NCBI RefSeq assembly: GCF_036321535.1
Contig: NC_087447.1
Coordinates: forward strand, 42,410,001 to 42,474,000
DNA length: 64,000 nucleotides
Direction of reading: 5' to 3'
Origin: Camelus dromedarius
Lineage: Eukaryota
This document shows positions 34,886-47,605 of the stretch, in pieces. A program made the translations under genes and the position numbers. Every line of letters starts with the position of its first letter. Within the stretch, counting starts at the first letter, position 1. The notes beneath the pieces were generated by a model. That model saw only the letters and a list, made by a program, of their open reading frames with translations. It was not told where the DNA came from and did no database searches.

Positions 34886-35500
34886 TACTGCAATATACTT
34901 TTAAATTTACATATATATACTGTTCATTGTTTCTAAGAACAGTTTGGAGCTTTAGCTGTTTAAACTTACATAGTTATCAAAGGAATAAAGCCAACCCCAA
35001 AATAAGAATCAACAGAATGCAGTAATCCAATCATAAAGGACACTCAAAGGTGCTTACATACATTCAATAAATCAATCATCTGAGTTATAAATAATAAGTA
35101 GTTCATTTGTGTCCTCTTTTTTTTTTAACCTGAGCTTAGCAAACTTAGTTGGCGGCAGGCAGGTGTTGAGGCGGCAGGCCAAGGGGTGGCCCAGGCACAC
35201 TTCTCAATCACAGCCTCAGAGGTGTTCAGTTGAGTACCAAAACCAGTAGTTCCTCACTTTATATTGCCTTGCCCCTGGGAGCCCATGAAGATTGCCTTGG
35301 TCGGGGCTTTTGGCCAGGTCCAACATTTGAGAAAGCCTAGAGGAATGGGAATAATATTTTTATCTAGGAGAAGCCTCTACAGACTAAAACCCGCCCACCA
35401 CCCTCACTTTTCTTTTGCTTTTGGCTAGAAATACATTAATTATTTGTGGTCCACATATCTTGTGTTAATTAAAAAGTCTGAACATCAGATTAACATATCT

Positions 35501-35620
35501 TTGGGTGGGCGGTAATTAGGTTTGTTTGTTGTTTGTTTGTTTAATGGAGGTACTGGGGATTAAACCCAGGACCTTGCACATGCTAAGCGTAGGCTTTACC
35601 AGTGATCTATACCTTCCCCC
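35501..35620 (-). mobile_element. tRNA-derived SINE (vic-1 type)
   Basis: GTAATTAGGTTTG..GGAGGTACTGGGGATTAAACCCAGGACCTTGCACATGCTAAG..TATACCTTCCCCC. Confidence 0.85.
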
Positions 35621-37384
35621 TGCCCTGTGTCTTCATTAATAAAAGATGGGGGGGGGGGGTAGTGAAAATGAAAAAAAAATAAAAATAAGGAAAACTGACT
35701 ATAAATGTACTTTATTTCAGAGACATCTTTCTAATTACAGGGTCCCTGAGGTGGGAAAGCAATGAAAGGACTCTCAAAGATGCAGCTATTAGAAGCTGTA
35801 CTCATGGCTGAGCCCTTTGTAGAACTGGGTAAGCCTGCTGAGGTCATGTTGTCCGAGTCCATTGTAGAGTTAGGGTTCTAACTCCAGGTTTCCTGGCTCC
35901 TGAACCAAGCTCCCTCCCAGTCCCCAGAAGTGGCATTTGCTTTTCTTCTTCCTCCTCCTCTTCTGCCTGAAATTTCACGAACTTTTATTCAGACTCAGAA
36001 AAAAAACCCAAACCATTTCATTAACATTTGCCAAAAGATTATTCAATGTTGTGAGTATATTGCATTTAATAACAATTATTAATAATCCTTTTGTAAACAC
36101 CACACGATGAGCCAATAACAACTCTTCTTTGTCTACAGAGTACATTAAACTGTACTCTTAAAAGAGAACATCTCCTTATGTATGAATAAAGACAAAGTGT
36201 TCCCCAAATATAAACTAGGACATAATGCTCTGAACTTTTTTAGAAATTCAGTTTATTTTGATTATCATTAATTCTTGATAGTGTTAAAAGTCTTGTGCTG
36301 TTTTAATTCTGTCAATTCATTATTATAAATTAAATCATTTTAATAATTAAATATTAATTTTTCTATATGTAATTATTTTTATAAATTTTTTGTCTGTCAT
36401 ACTAAAGGCAACTTGATGTAATCTAGAAAGCTGATAGTGTGACACTGTTTTCGTTTATAGTCAACTGAAAAAATACTAAAGTATTCAATTATCAATTATA
36501 CAAATTTTTCCCCATTTTTTTATTAACTTGTTATTTACAGTAAAATTCACTCTTTAGTGTACCACTCTGTGAGTTTTGGCAAACATGCACAATTATGTAA
36601 CCACTATCACAATTAAGATATATAACAATTCCATCACCCCCCCAAAAATCTTTGAGAGCTCAGCCACAGTTAAATATATCTTCCTTTTGGGATCTGGTCC
36701 AAGGGCCATTCACTTCCCCTCAACAGACCATCTGGCCTTTCCCAGGAAGCTCTTGGCCCTCAAGTTGATGGGAATAGCAAGGGACTGTGCTCACAGTCTA
36801 AGGGAGAGGACTGGATCCAGCACATATAAGGCCATCCACCCAGACTCTCAAAAGGCTCTCAACCTAGAGGGATAGAGGAGAGGAGACAGAAGAGACCACC
36901 AGTGAGTGACTCCTAGGTTGTCAAGAGCCAAAGGTACCCTTCTGTTTATCTGGTCTACCCACTGCCCTGTCTCAGCCTCCTCAGATATACACAACACACA
37001 CAAACACTGCACATATACAATAATTTACACATGCAAATATGCAAACACACATCTAATATATATAAATGCCTACATATACATGTTCAACTCTATCCACCAA
37101 TGCTCACTCACATATAAATAAACTCAGACATGTATATATATATATATATACATATACATATACCCCTACACTAACTCATGCACAACTTTTGGGAAAGTTG
37201 CATCACTTGTGGACATTATCTGCAATTTGCTCTTCCTGTTGCTCAACTTCATACTTCCCCATGCCACTGGGTAGCAGATGCTGCCTGATGCTGACTCTTC
37301 TTTGGGGCTTCTTTGTTGTCATGGGTTATGGTGGCTGAAGGTGGTGACTGATATTCAAGTGATTTAGGGAGCTTGTGTCACTTT

Positions 37385-38060
37385 TTAAAAACATCTTCAT
37401 TGTGGTATAATTCCTGTATAGTAAACTATACATATTTCAGATGTACAATTTGATGATTTTGATAAATGTACACACCAATGAAACCAGGACCACAATCAAG
37501 ACAGCTAACATTTCCATCACTCCCCAAGAGGTGCAGTTTTCAAATTCCCTATTTATCCCTTCCCACCCCATTTAATCCCCTGGTAACCATAAGTTTGTTC
37601 TCAATGTTTGTGAGTCTGTTTCTGTTTTGTAGATAAGTTCATTTGTGTCTTTTTTTTGGGGGGGGTGTTCCACATATAAGTGATATCATATGGTATTTTT
37701 CTTTCTCTTTTTGGCTTACTTTACTTAGAATGATGTCTCCAGGTCTATCCATGATGCAGCAAATGGCATTATTTTATTCTTTTTTATGGCTGAGTAGTAT
37801 TCCATTGTATATGTATGTATGTATATGTGTATGTGTGTATATATATATATATATATCATATCTTCTTTATCTAGTCATCTGTTGACGGACATTTAGATTG
37901 TTTCTATGTCTTGGCTATTGTAAAGTACTGCTGTGAACATTGGGGTGCATGTGTCTTTTTGAATTATATTTTTTCTAGATATATGCCCAGAAATGGGATT
38001 GCTGGATCATATGGTAAGTATATTTTTAGTTTTTTAAGGAACCTCCATACTGTCCTCCAT
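37385..38060 (-). mobile_element. L1 3' fragments (antisense) with an internal (TA/TG)n tract
   Basis: 'cctggtaaccataagtttgttctc..tgtgagtctgtttctgttttg...gggattgctggatcatatggtaag...aggaacctccatactgt'. Confidence 0.85.
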
Positions 38061-39879
38061 AGGGAGCTTGTGTCATTGGGAGACATGAGGAGCCTGAAGC
38101 TGGTTATGAAGGAGCTACTGGGACAGCAGGGCATGGATCAGTGTGCAGAGAGCTGACTGCTAGAGATGGCTATAGGTGTGTCACTCTATACCTGGCTGTA
38201 TTTGGGTTTCTTGTCTTAAGAAAGCCCGTATTGTGAAGCTTACATTTTTCTGTATGATCAGTGGGATTCATTTGAGTTTACACATGGTGAACTCTTCACT
38301 AAGCATTGGAGAGGAAGGGTTTTGAGCACCTGTGGGTTCATCAGCTGATCTTTCTTGAATGCTGTACGTGTGAACTGGGAGTGGCAGGTTCTGGCTGGGT
38401 AGAGTCAGGTTGATCACCATCTCAATGGAGGAAGCACCCCTGCTACTATAGGTATAGACTATCTCTGAAAAGATAAACAAGGCATTGCTAACATTGATTG
38501 CTTTTGGGGAAGGAAACTGAGTGGCTAGTAGCATTTCTCTGTGTGGTGAGATGGAGAGGGCCCTAGGAGTCCCCAGTAGAGGACTCATAGAAGAGGTGGA
38601 GCATTAACTGGGTCCTGAGGGAGATCAGCAGGTGAAGGGGTGCAATTAATCTGGTGTTAGCTTTGAGTCCAGCCTTGGCCTTATCCTCTCTTCAGAAGCT
38701 CCACCTGGGGCCAAGTCAAGAATGTAGAAGTGGGAAAGTTAGGAAGGCTGTCCCAGCCTCCTTGTGGATCAGGCCAGGTGAGGGTCCTCCTGTCTGCCTA
38801 ACACAGTGAACCAGCACTGCTTTTCCCTTTGGGACCAGGGCAGGCCTAGTTTGGGAGGAGGAGGTAAGGAAGCTCCTGCTCCTGAGGTTTTTTTAAGTGG
38901 AAGAGGCCATTGGCCCACGGAGTTTTGGAACCACGTGGCTTTTCCTCCCTTTCAGAGGTACAGGTTTACATTGGGTTAGCAGGGCCCTAATCTAAGGCCT
39001 GAACTTCTAGGTTGTTATCAGGGTCAGGGAAGTTTTGTTGTGTGTTTGCTGACACAAATCAGAGAAAATGGATGAGAAGGGAAGTTAGAGGAGGAGATTC
39101 AAATAAATGTTCTATTTTGGGCTTTCCAGGATACCACGATGGGGATTAGTTATGGGTACTTTGGTCCCAAGTGGGGTGGCCACTTGGAAAATAGCGAGTA
39201 GTAAGACTTGACTGGAGATAGATGGTGTGAAGGGGGATGCTGGAAGAATAACAGGATGGGTGGATTGGGCCTGGATCATAGAAGGCCCCAGCAGTCACAG
39301 TAGAAAGAGTTTGTACCCTACTAAGGTGCACCCTACTAAGGCTGGCAGGGTGTAGCATGACCAGAGCTGTGGTTGGCAAATTAATCATGTTTGTGTGAAT
39401 AGGGGAGATTGGAGGAAGGGGAAGGAATTTTAAAAAGTTTTAATATTATTTATTTCTTGAGTAGATAATACATTCTTATGGTTCAAAACTCAAAAAGTAC
39501 AAAACAACATATAATGAAACGTTTCCCTTCTATCCCTGATCCTGGTCATTCAGTATCCTAGGGCAAAGAATTTTAACAAAATTATTTATTCTTCCAAAAA
39601 CAGTATATGCATGTACAAGAAAGAATGAAATACTTATTTATTTTATTTTCTCTTTTTTGCACAGATGATAGTATATTACACATACTTTTTAAAAAAAATG
39701 TATCATCTCATCTAATTCACACAGCAAATATGTGAGGCAGGTAATATTATTTCCACTTTACAGATGAAAAAATCAAGGCACAGAGTGCTTAAGAAATCTG
39801 AGCTAAAGAAATACAAGTCAGAGGCAATTATTTTTAAATGTAGAAGAAAGCAATACAGCAGTAGGGGATTAAGTAGGGG

Positions 39880-40080
39880 ATTATTAGGCAGAAAATAAGC
39901 TACAAGGATATAGTGCACAACGTGGGGAATATAGCCAGTATTTTATAATAACTGTTAATGGAGTATAACCTTTGAATATTGTGAATCACTATATTGTACA
40001 CCTGTAACTTACATAATTTTTTACATCAACTATACTTCAAAAAAATTCAAAAAAAGAACTAAATAAATAAAAGTTAGAAG
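39880..40080 (+). mobile_element. L1 3' end next to a MIR
   Basis: 'ctacaaggatatagtgcacaacgtggggaatatagccagtattttataataac...gtacacctgtaac...caactatacttcaaaaaaa'; MIR core at 39700-39800. Confidence 0.75.
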
Positions 40081-42785
40081 AAACAAACTCACTTATTAAA
40101 GAACTGATGGAACTAAAAAATTTTGTACTTTACTGAAAATTATCTTACAGAAATTTATGCTAAAATAGCACTTTTTAGTGAATGTTAGAAGGATCAGTTC
40201 CCTGACTTATAAATTTCACTGTTGGGATTTTCCAGTACAACAAATATTGGTATTATAATGTATTCTTGTAACAGCATGGGTCTCTAAAATCAGACACCCA
40301 AGATACAAATCCCAAGTTTACCATTTACAAAATCTGTAATTTTAGGTAAATTTCTTAAATTAATTTATGGATCTTGAAAGCAATCTTGTGAGGGGTAAGA
40401 ATGATTATTCTCATTCCAGAGAAGTTAACTAATGTGCCTCAGTTCACACAGCTAGTAAGAGTGAGGGTGAGGATTTAAATCTTAAGAGCATCCAGCTCTG
40501 TTTTTTTCTCTGACTCTCAAAGAAGCAATCACCCTGCCAAACATATTTCCTACTAGGAAGGAGATCACTTTACAGCTGAGTATTTTGGGCCTCTGAGCAA
40601 TTTCTCAGGGCAAATTAATACAGTCTTTTGTTTCTAACTTGTTTTATGAGTTGAGTTAGTGTGAGAGGCCTCCTAGCACCTGATCACCCTGGACACATTG
40701 GATAAAAAGCTTCTGGACTTCAAATTGAGGACACTTAAGCCTTTTTCAAGTCTCTTTTTCCACGTGACTCCCAGAGTGAGCATTCTAAGATGTAAGTCAG
40801 ATCTTGTCACTCCTCAGCTTGAATTCCTTCAATTTACCATCCCTCTGACACACACATACTTTACAGGATAAATTCTTTTGCCTGGCATTCCAAGCCTTTC
40901 CTGCTCTGTCCCACTCCTCTTTCCCTGGTTTCATCTCCTTTTAATTCTTTATTTCCCAGAGAAATGAATTACTTGTTATCTGTATGAAGCCATTTTAATC
41001 TGTTACTCCCTGTTGTTGCACATGCTGCCTGAAACATCTTTCCTTCCCCCTTTTACTTGAGAAATCCCTTTTGATCCTTTGGAATTCAGGCTGGATTATA
41101 CCTCCTTCTGGAAGCCTTCCCTGACCATCTCCCAACCTGCAGAGATGCCCTCCTTCTGTGTTTTGTAATTAGCTCTCTGAGCCCCTCTACTGTCTCTGTG
41201 TCCTCAGCATGCAACATGGGGTGAGGCATCACCCTAAATGCTCTTTGTGAAGCTACCTTCTCTGCACTTCTCTCTTACTAGTTCAGGCAGTTTACATACA
41301 AGGAGGAGCAGGTGCTATGGTTCCAAGTGATGTTGGCTGTGACCTGCAAGCCACCCTCCCCGTGGGAACCAATACTTGAGGGAAGTACCCAGGAGAGAGC
41401 CCAGGGTCAGCCCTTGGGGAAGCCAGCTGCCTTCTAGGGCCCTTAGCAGCAGCCTGCCAGAGGAAACCCTGAGCACATCTCTTGCTGGAATAATGATATG
41501 ATACCTAATATTTATTGAGTGCCTTCTAGTTCCAGGCACTATTCTGCCCTCTTAATCTGCATGCACATTTATTTTACGTAATCTACATAAAAACCATGAC
41601 TGCTGGCACCTGGAGATTGCCCAAGTTTACACAGTAAATGATAAAGTCAGGATTCAAATCTGAGCATTCTGTTTCTAGAGCCCATGCTAGTAACCACTAA
41701 TATATTGCCTTCTTGGTTTCTGATCTCCAGTTTCCTGCTTAGCTTCTGTGGGAAACCAAAACGAAGAGACCCAAAACAAGTACCAGAAAGCAAGTTTCTT
41801 TCCTCCTCATCCCCTACTTCTCTCAGGACGAACGGCTCAGAAATGGAATTGAGAATTCTCAGAACCAGAAAGGGGGCTCCCAAGTGGCAGGGGCCTCTGG
41901 AGGCTCTAGGAGAGATAAAGGGACAGCTTGGTGCACGGGAAAAAGGTTGGGGTGGGGGTGAGGGAGCGGGAATGACCACGAGCCCAGAATTCTAGCCCAG
42001 GCTTTGTCTCTTAGACTCTATGTAACCTTGGGGAAAGTCCTTGCTTTTTTCTGAGCCTTAGTTTCCCCATATGTAAGACAAGGGTAAAAACAGGGCGGGA
42101 AGACCCACCTCCGCCAAAAGAGGGGGCATCCTCAGCTGTACTGAGGAGAGGGTTGGGCATGGGCGTCAGGGAGCGGGGTCAGGGAGAAGGCTCTATCTCG
42201 GGTCTAGGCCGACAGCCTGGAGTTGGGATGAAGTGGGCTTCCGAGCTCAATCCTGCTACTCTATGCCTGTGACAGGGCCGGGCTAAGGAGGAGATAGCCA
42301 GACCTTCTAGTGGGAGGCGGAGGTGGGGGAGGAGCATGGGCCAGGGTCCCGACTCTGCGGGATGCGTCCACTCATCCCGCACCTTCTCAGCCCTTCCGAA
42401 ATGAGTCGCAGTCCGGAGCGGGTGGCGGTGGCAGGCGACCGGACAGCAGCCGGCCGCGCTGCGGAGACCGCCTGGGAAGCTGCGGCCCGCAGGGTCCAAA
42501 GAGCATCACGTCATCCTTTCCGCGAGGCGCCCGCCCCCTGCCCGACGGCGCGTGCGCAGGCGCGGCGGGAGGGGGCCGCGGTGGGGGCTCTCCTCAACGC
42601 TCTTCGCTCTTCTTCAGGCTCCGTGCGGCCGCGGCGCTCTCGGCAGGCGGCAGCGGCGGCAGTGCGGAGGGGAGGGCGTCCAGGATGCGGCGCGGGGCGG
42701 CCCGGTGCCCCCCTGCCCCGTCACGGCAGCCGCGGCGGCCGCGGGGACCGGGCCAAGGCCGGGGGCGGTGCCCCGAGCCGCGGTA

Positions 42786-42810
42786 GCGGCGGCGGCGGCG
42801 GCGGCGGCGG
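42786..42810 (+). repeat. (GCG)8 trinucleotide repeat in the presumed DENND5A 5'UTR
   Basis: gcggcggcggcggcggcggcggcgg. Confidence 0.9.
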
Positions 42811-42824
42811 GAGGGGCGGCCTGA

Positions 42825-43295
<471 letters not shown>

Positions 43296-43800
43296 TAGTA
43301 TAAAATAAAGGGAAGCTTGTCCTCGAACACCCCCATTTGGGAGGGAACACCCCCATCCTACGTCCTGGTGAAAGTAAGTTCCACCCAGACTTAAAAAAAA
43401 AAAAAAAAAAAAAAAGAAAAACAAAAACTTGGTGAGTTTATTTGGCCTCTTCCCAAGAAGCCTGTGATCACAGTTCCTCAAAACCGTTCTAACCCAGCCC
43501 TTGAGCTGTGTCCCCTGGGTTGATGGGACATGAAGTAATAAAGTGAACTTGGGCCTGTCCAAGGAGGGTGAGAACTCCATTAGTTCTAGAAAGGGCTCGT
43601 ACCCCGGGACCATGCCTTTTTTTTTAATGAAAATAATTTATGTCCTTTATGAGGCCACAGTCATTTATGTATAAAAGGGCAGCAACCTTGTTGGAGGGCC
43701 TGGGTTGCATAGTGATGCCTCTCGAGTCATCCTTCAAAGGGGAGGTGGTGGGGAAGTGAGGGTAGCTCCCAGATCAGATTTGGCACTAATTGCGCAAGAT

Positions 43801-43880
43801 GTGTCAGAATTGTAAAATCCCTGTGAATTCCACTGCACCGGTGTCAGAATTGTAGAATCCCCGCGAATTCCACTGCATCG
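43801..43880 (+). repeat. 40-bp tandem duplication (2 copies, 36/40 identical)
   Basis: gtgtcagaattgtaaaatccctgtgaattccactgcaccg / gtgtcagaattgtagaatccccgcgaattccactgcatcg. Confidence 0.95.
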
Positions 43881-46869
43881 TCATTGGAACCTTTGAATTG
43901 CAACAGTTTTGGAAAAGTTTTTGTCTGGAGTGTCCAGTTTGCAGGTTTCATGGGGTGAAGGTTGGTTGTGTCATTCTGATTTGATGAGGAATACTCCTTT
44001 CTTGTGTTCTTTTGTGATGTGTTCGCTGTAAAGTTTCTCTCCTGAAAGTGATTATCGTGTTGACTAATTTTACTTTGCTTCAGAGATGACAGGACAGGTC
44101 CCCCCCCACCAGAAAAATTTATTGTTTCTTATGAAAAAAAAAAATAGATGCATACTTCAAAATGGACTGTTTTTAAAAAGTGATGAATTGATGACCTTTA
44201 ACAAGGTCAGAGCAAATACACTATTTCCTAAAATTAATAGCAGGTGGAGAAAAATCATGAAGCAGTAATACAGTTAATACTAGACCTTTTGTTGGGGTAG
44301 CTTTAAGTTCACTTTTTTAGGTCTTGAAATTCTTACAGTACAGATGTAAATTTTTCATCTATGTTTCATACTTATTAAATTTGTGACTTTGTGAAGTAGT
44401 TGTTGGAATTCACATCATGGAATTGGAGCTGTAAGGGACCTCAGAGAGGAAAATGAGGCCTAGGAAGGACAGTAGGGCCTATGTCCTGCTAGTTAATTGC
44501 CTGACTTTGATCCAGTGCTCCTCTCCTGACACTAAACTGAATCTAATTACTTGGCTGGGCCTTTATAAAACACTACACGTTGAGAAGACTAAAAATAACA
44601 CAGTTCTCCTCAGTAAAAGAAACTTTAAATTGGTGGACTAAACTAGCGTTATTTTTATGCTGTGCTTTTCAGTGTCTATTAAATTATATAGACATTTGAT
44701 TTTCAGAAACAAAGAGAATGGTTTGCAAATGATAAAGCAGAGGAGTGGAGTGGGAAAGTGATTTGGTTTGTTAGTGAGAGCATGGGTTTTGGGGTTTAAC
44801 ATTGTCACTCTGCTGTTGACTTTCTCTGACTGGGGACCAAGTTAGATAACTCTGCTGGGGTCCTCATGTATAAAAAAGAGAATGTAAATAAAAAGTATCT
44901 CATCAAGTAGACCCTCAAAAATGTTAATTCTCTCTTAGTGAATATTTGTTAATTATCTGGCTTTTCAGCAGGCTAAAATTATATCCCTGTGAAAGCTTAT
45001 TGAGAGAATAAAGACAGGGCTGTATAAGAACTGTAAAGAAGGGTATTTTTCTGTGTTTTTAAGTGTGGTTGCAGTAGTGGAATGCAAGACCATCTATTCA
45101 GTAGATGGCCTTTGTTAGAATAAGCACTGATTGAAGGATTTCTTTTTTTCCTTCATTTCATTTCTGGTGGGTTGATAGGGGAATCTGGACTACCCAGAGG
45201 GAATCTTTGAGTAAAACAAAACAGAATACAAATAGCTCTATGCGGGTCAGTCTTGAGACTCTCCAGGGTGCATTTTCTCTCTGCCTTATAGCTCCCAAAC
45301 TGATGATGTCATAGTAAATGAAACTACAGGAAATTGTGAATTGCACCCAGGTTCTCTAGGGAGGTACTGAAGAGTCTATACTCTCTCCAAGCAAATTAAG
45401 TTATATACCTCAGATAGCTTCTATGCTCTTAAAAAGTGAATCCAGAACAAGCAAATCAAAGATGCTCAATGTTCCTTCTCACTTTATGGAAAAAGATTAA
45501 GATTCATTCTTTTTCTGTTTGCAGCAATAAGCATCGAATTTGCTGTGTTGAATATAGACTCAGATCATTGAATTTTATAGGAGTCTCCCTCTGTCACTTC
45601 TTTCCGTTTCTTCCAGACTCAAGCATTTAGGCAAGTTATGTAGTTATTTGTTGTGCAAGGAACAGTGCAAGTGAAAATTAACTTTATTTTCTTTTGGTTA
45701 GTTGAGGAAATACTTTGGGTTGAAGGAGAGGAAGGTAATCTATTGGTGGAGCACAAGTCTGGCCAATTTTAGGAAATAGTGTCTGCTTGTTAGCTTTTTG
45801 AGTTTGTCAAGTAGATAAACAAATCTGGAAGAAGTGTTTTTGATTTTGATTTTCTGTTATTGTTGGCCCATGCTAAGTGGGGAGGCAGATGGTAGTAGAG
45901 TCCAGTCCTTCTTTCTACCTCTTTGATGGATGGGTGTTCTGGGCATCTTCATTTTCCCTTCTTCTTATGGTCACCCCCAGTGGACTGCAGGAGAAGGTTT
46001 ACTGTGAGGTGAGATTCCTGAGTTTACTTTCCCTGTCTCTGCCTGAGAGTTACGGTTCTAGAATGCTTGTAACGTACTTCTTTGAAATCTTTAAATTCTT
46101 CTGCACTGACCTGCATCCGGCATTGAGATGTAAGTATCCTCGATTCGTGCATTCACTACTCCAGTTTTCCCAGGCTCTGAGAGGCAGGCCTTGTCAAGAA
46201 TTGAAGAGAGGGCTTGGGGATGTAGATAGATGGGCAACTGGCCAGTGCCCTGTATGAAACTGCTTAGACCACTGACAATACACTGAAATCATCTCTTACT
46301 GTCACCATTAGAAGGGAGAAAAAGTGCTCACTGTCCAGGAAAGCCAGAGGACTGGTCACATCTTACATACTTCTCTTTAACCATATTGAGCAGTGAAATT
46401 AGAACAATAGAATCATGGAATGTCAAACATGGAAGCACTTTTAGAGATTATATAACCTGCTTTTTACATATGAGGAAACTGAGGACCTGAGAAAGTTGGA
46501 GAATATTTGTCTCCCTTGGTCACATTTTTATTCTTCTTTTCTGCTACTTGCATGATTCTTTGCATACTTTGTAGTTATTTGATCAATAAGGGGGAGACAA
46601 GTGAAATATTTGGCAGCGGCAGGAGCAGGCATGGCATTTTTTTCTAGTGTAGGTTTCTCTTTCATGTTAAGCAAGAATACTGTGTGTGATTATCAAGAGA
46701 GATATCTTTTTTTTTTTTAGCTTTTTCTTTTGATGTAATTTCACAGCAGATGCTGACATGAATAGTACAGAGAACTTCCATACATCCTTTTTCCAGATTC
46801 ACTGTTAACATTTTGCTCTACTTGCTTTATCACTTATATAAGTGTTTTCTTTTTTCTCTCTAACATATA

Positions 46870-47605
46870 AAAACATCTTTATTGAGATATATAATTCACC
46901 TGTTTACACAATTCAGTGTCTTTTAGTATATTCACAAAGTTGTGCAGTCATCACTATAATCAATTTTAGAATATTCTCCCCCGAAGACCCATAACCCATT
47001 AGCAGTCAATTCCCATATCCTTCGAACTCCCTAACCTCACACACACCCCTAGGCATCCACTAATCTACTTTTGACCTTTATGGATTTGTCTATTCTGGAC
47101 ATTTCATTATAAATGGAATAATATAACATGGTGTTTTGTGATTGGCTTATTTTACTTAGCTTGTTTTCAAGGTTCATCTATGTTGTAGCATATATCAGTA
47201 CATCATTTCTTTTTATGGCTGAATACTTCATTGTGTGAATATACCACATTTTACTTATCATAAATGATGGACATTTGGGTTATTTATATGCTTTTTGGTT
47301 ATTATGAATTATGCTGCTGTGAACATTTGTGTACATTTTTGTGTGGACATATGTTTTCATTTCTCTTAGGTATATACCTAGGAGTGGAATTGCTGGGTCA
47401 CATGGCAACTCTGTGTTTAACCTTCTGAGAAATTGCAGACTATTTTCCAAAACAACTGCATAGTTTATATTCCCACTAGCAATGTATGAAAGTTTCCCTT
47501 TTTCTCTATGTCCTTACCAACACTTACTATCTTTAATCATAGGCATCCTAGTGGGTGTGAAGTGGTATCCTTGTGGGTTTGATGTGCATATTCCTGATGG
47601 CTAAG
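46870..47605 (-). mobile_element. L1MB-type 3' fragment (antisense)
   Basis: 'ttagtatattcacaaagttgtgc...ccactaatctactt..tggatttgtctattctggacatttca...ggagtggaattgctgggtca'. Confidence 0.85.

Noticed and set aside
42112..42130. Possible CTCF motif upstream of DENND5A (CCAAAAGAGGGGGCA)
   Set aside because: The spacing does not fit the CCASYAGRKGGC core.
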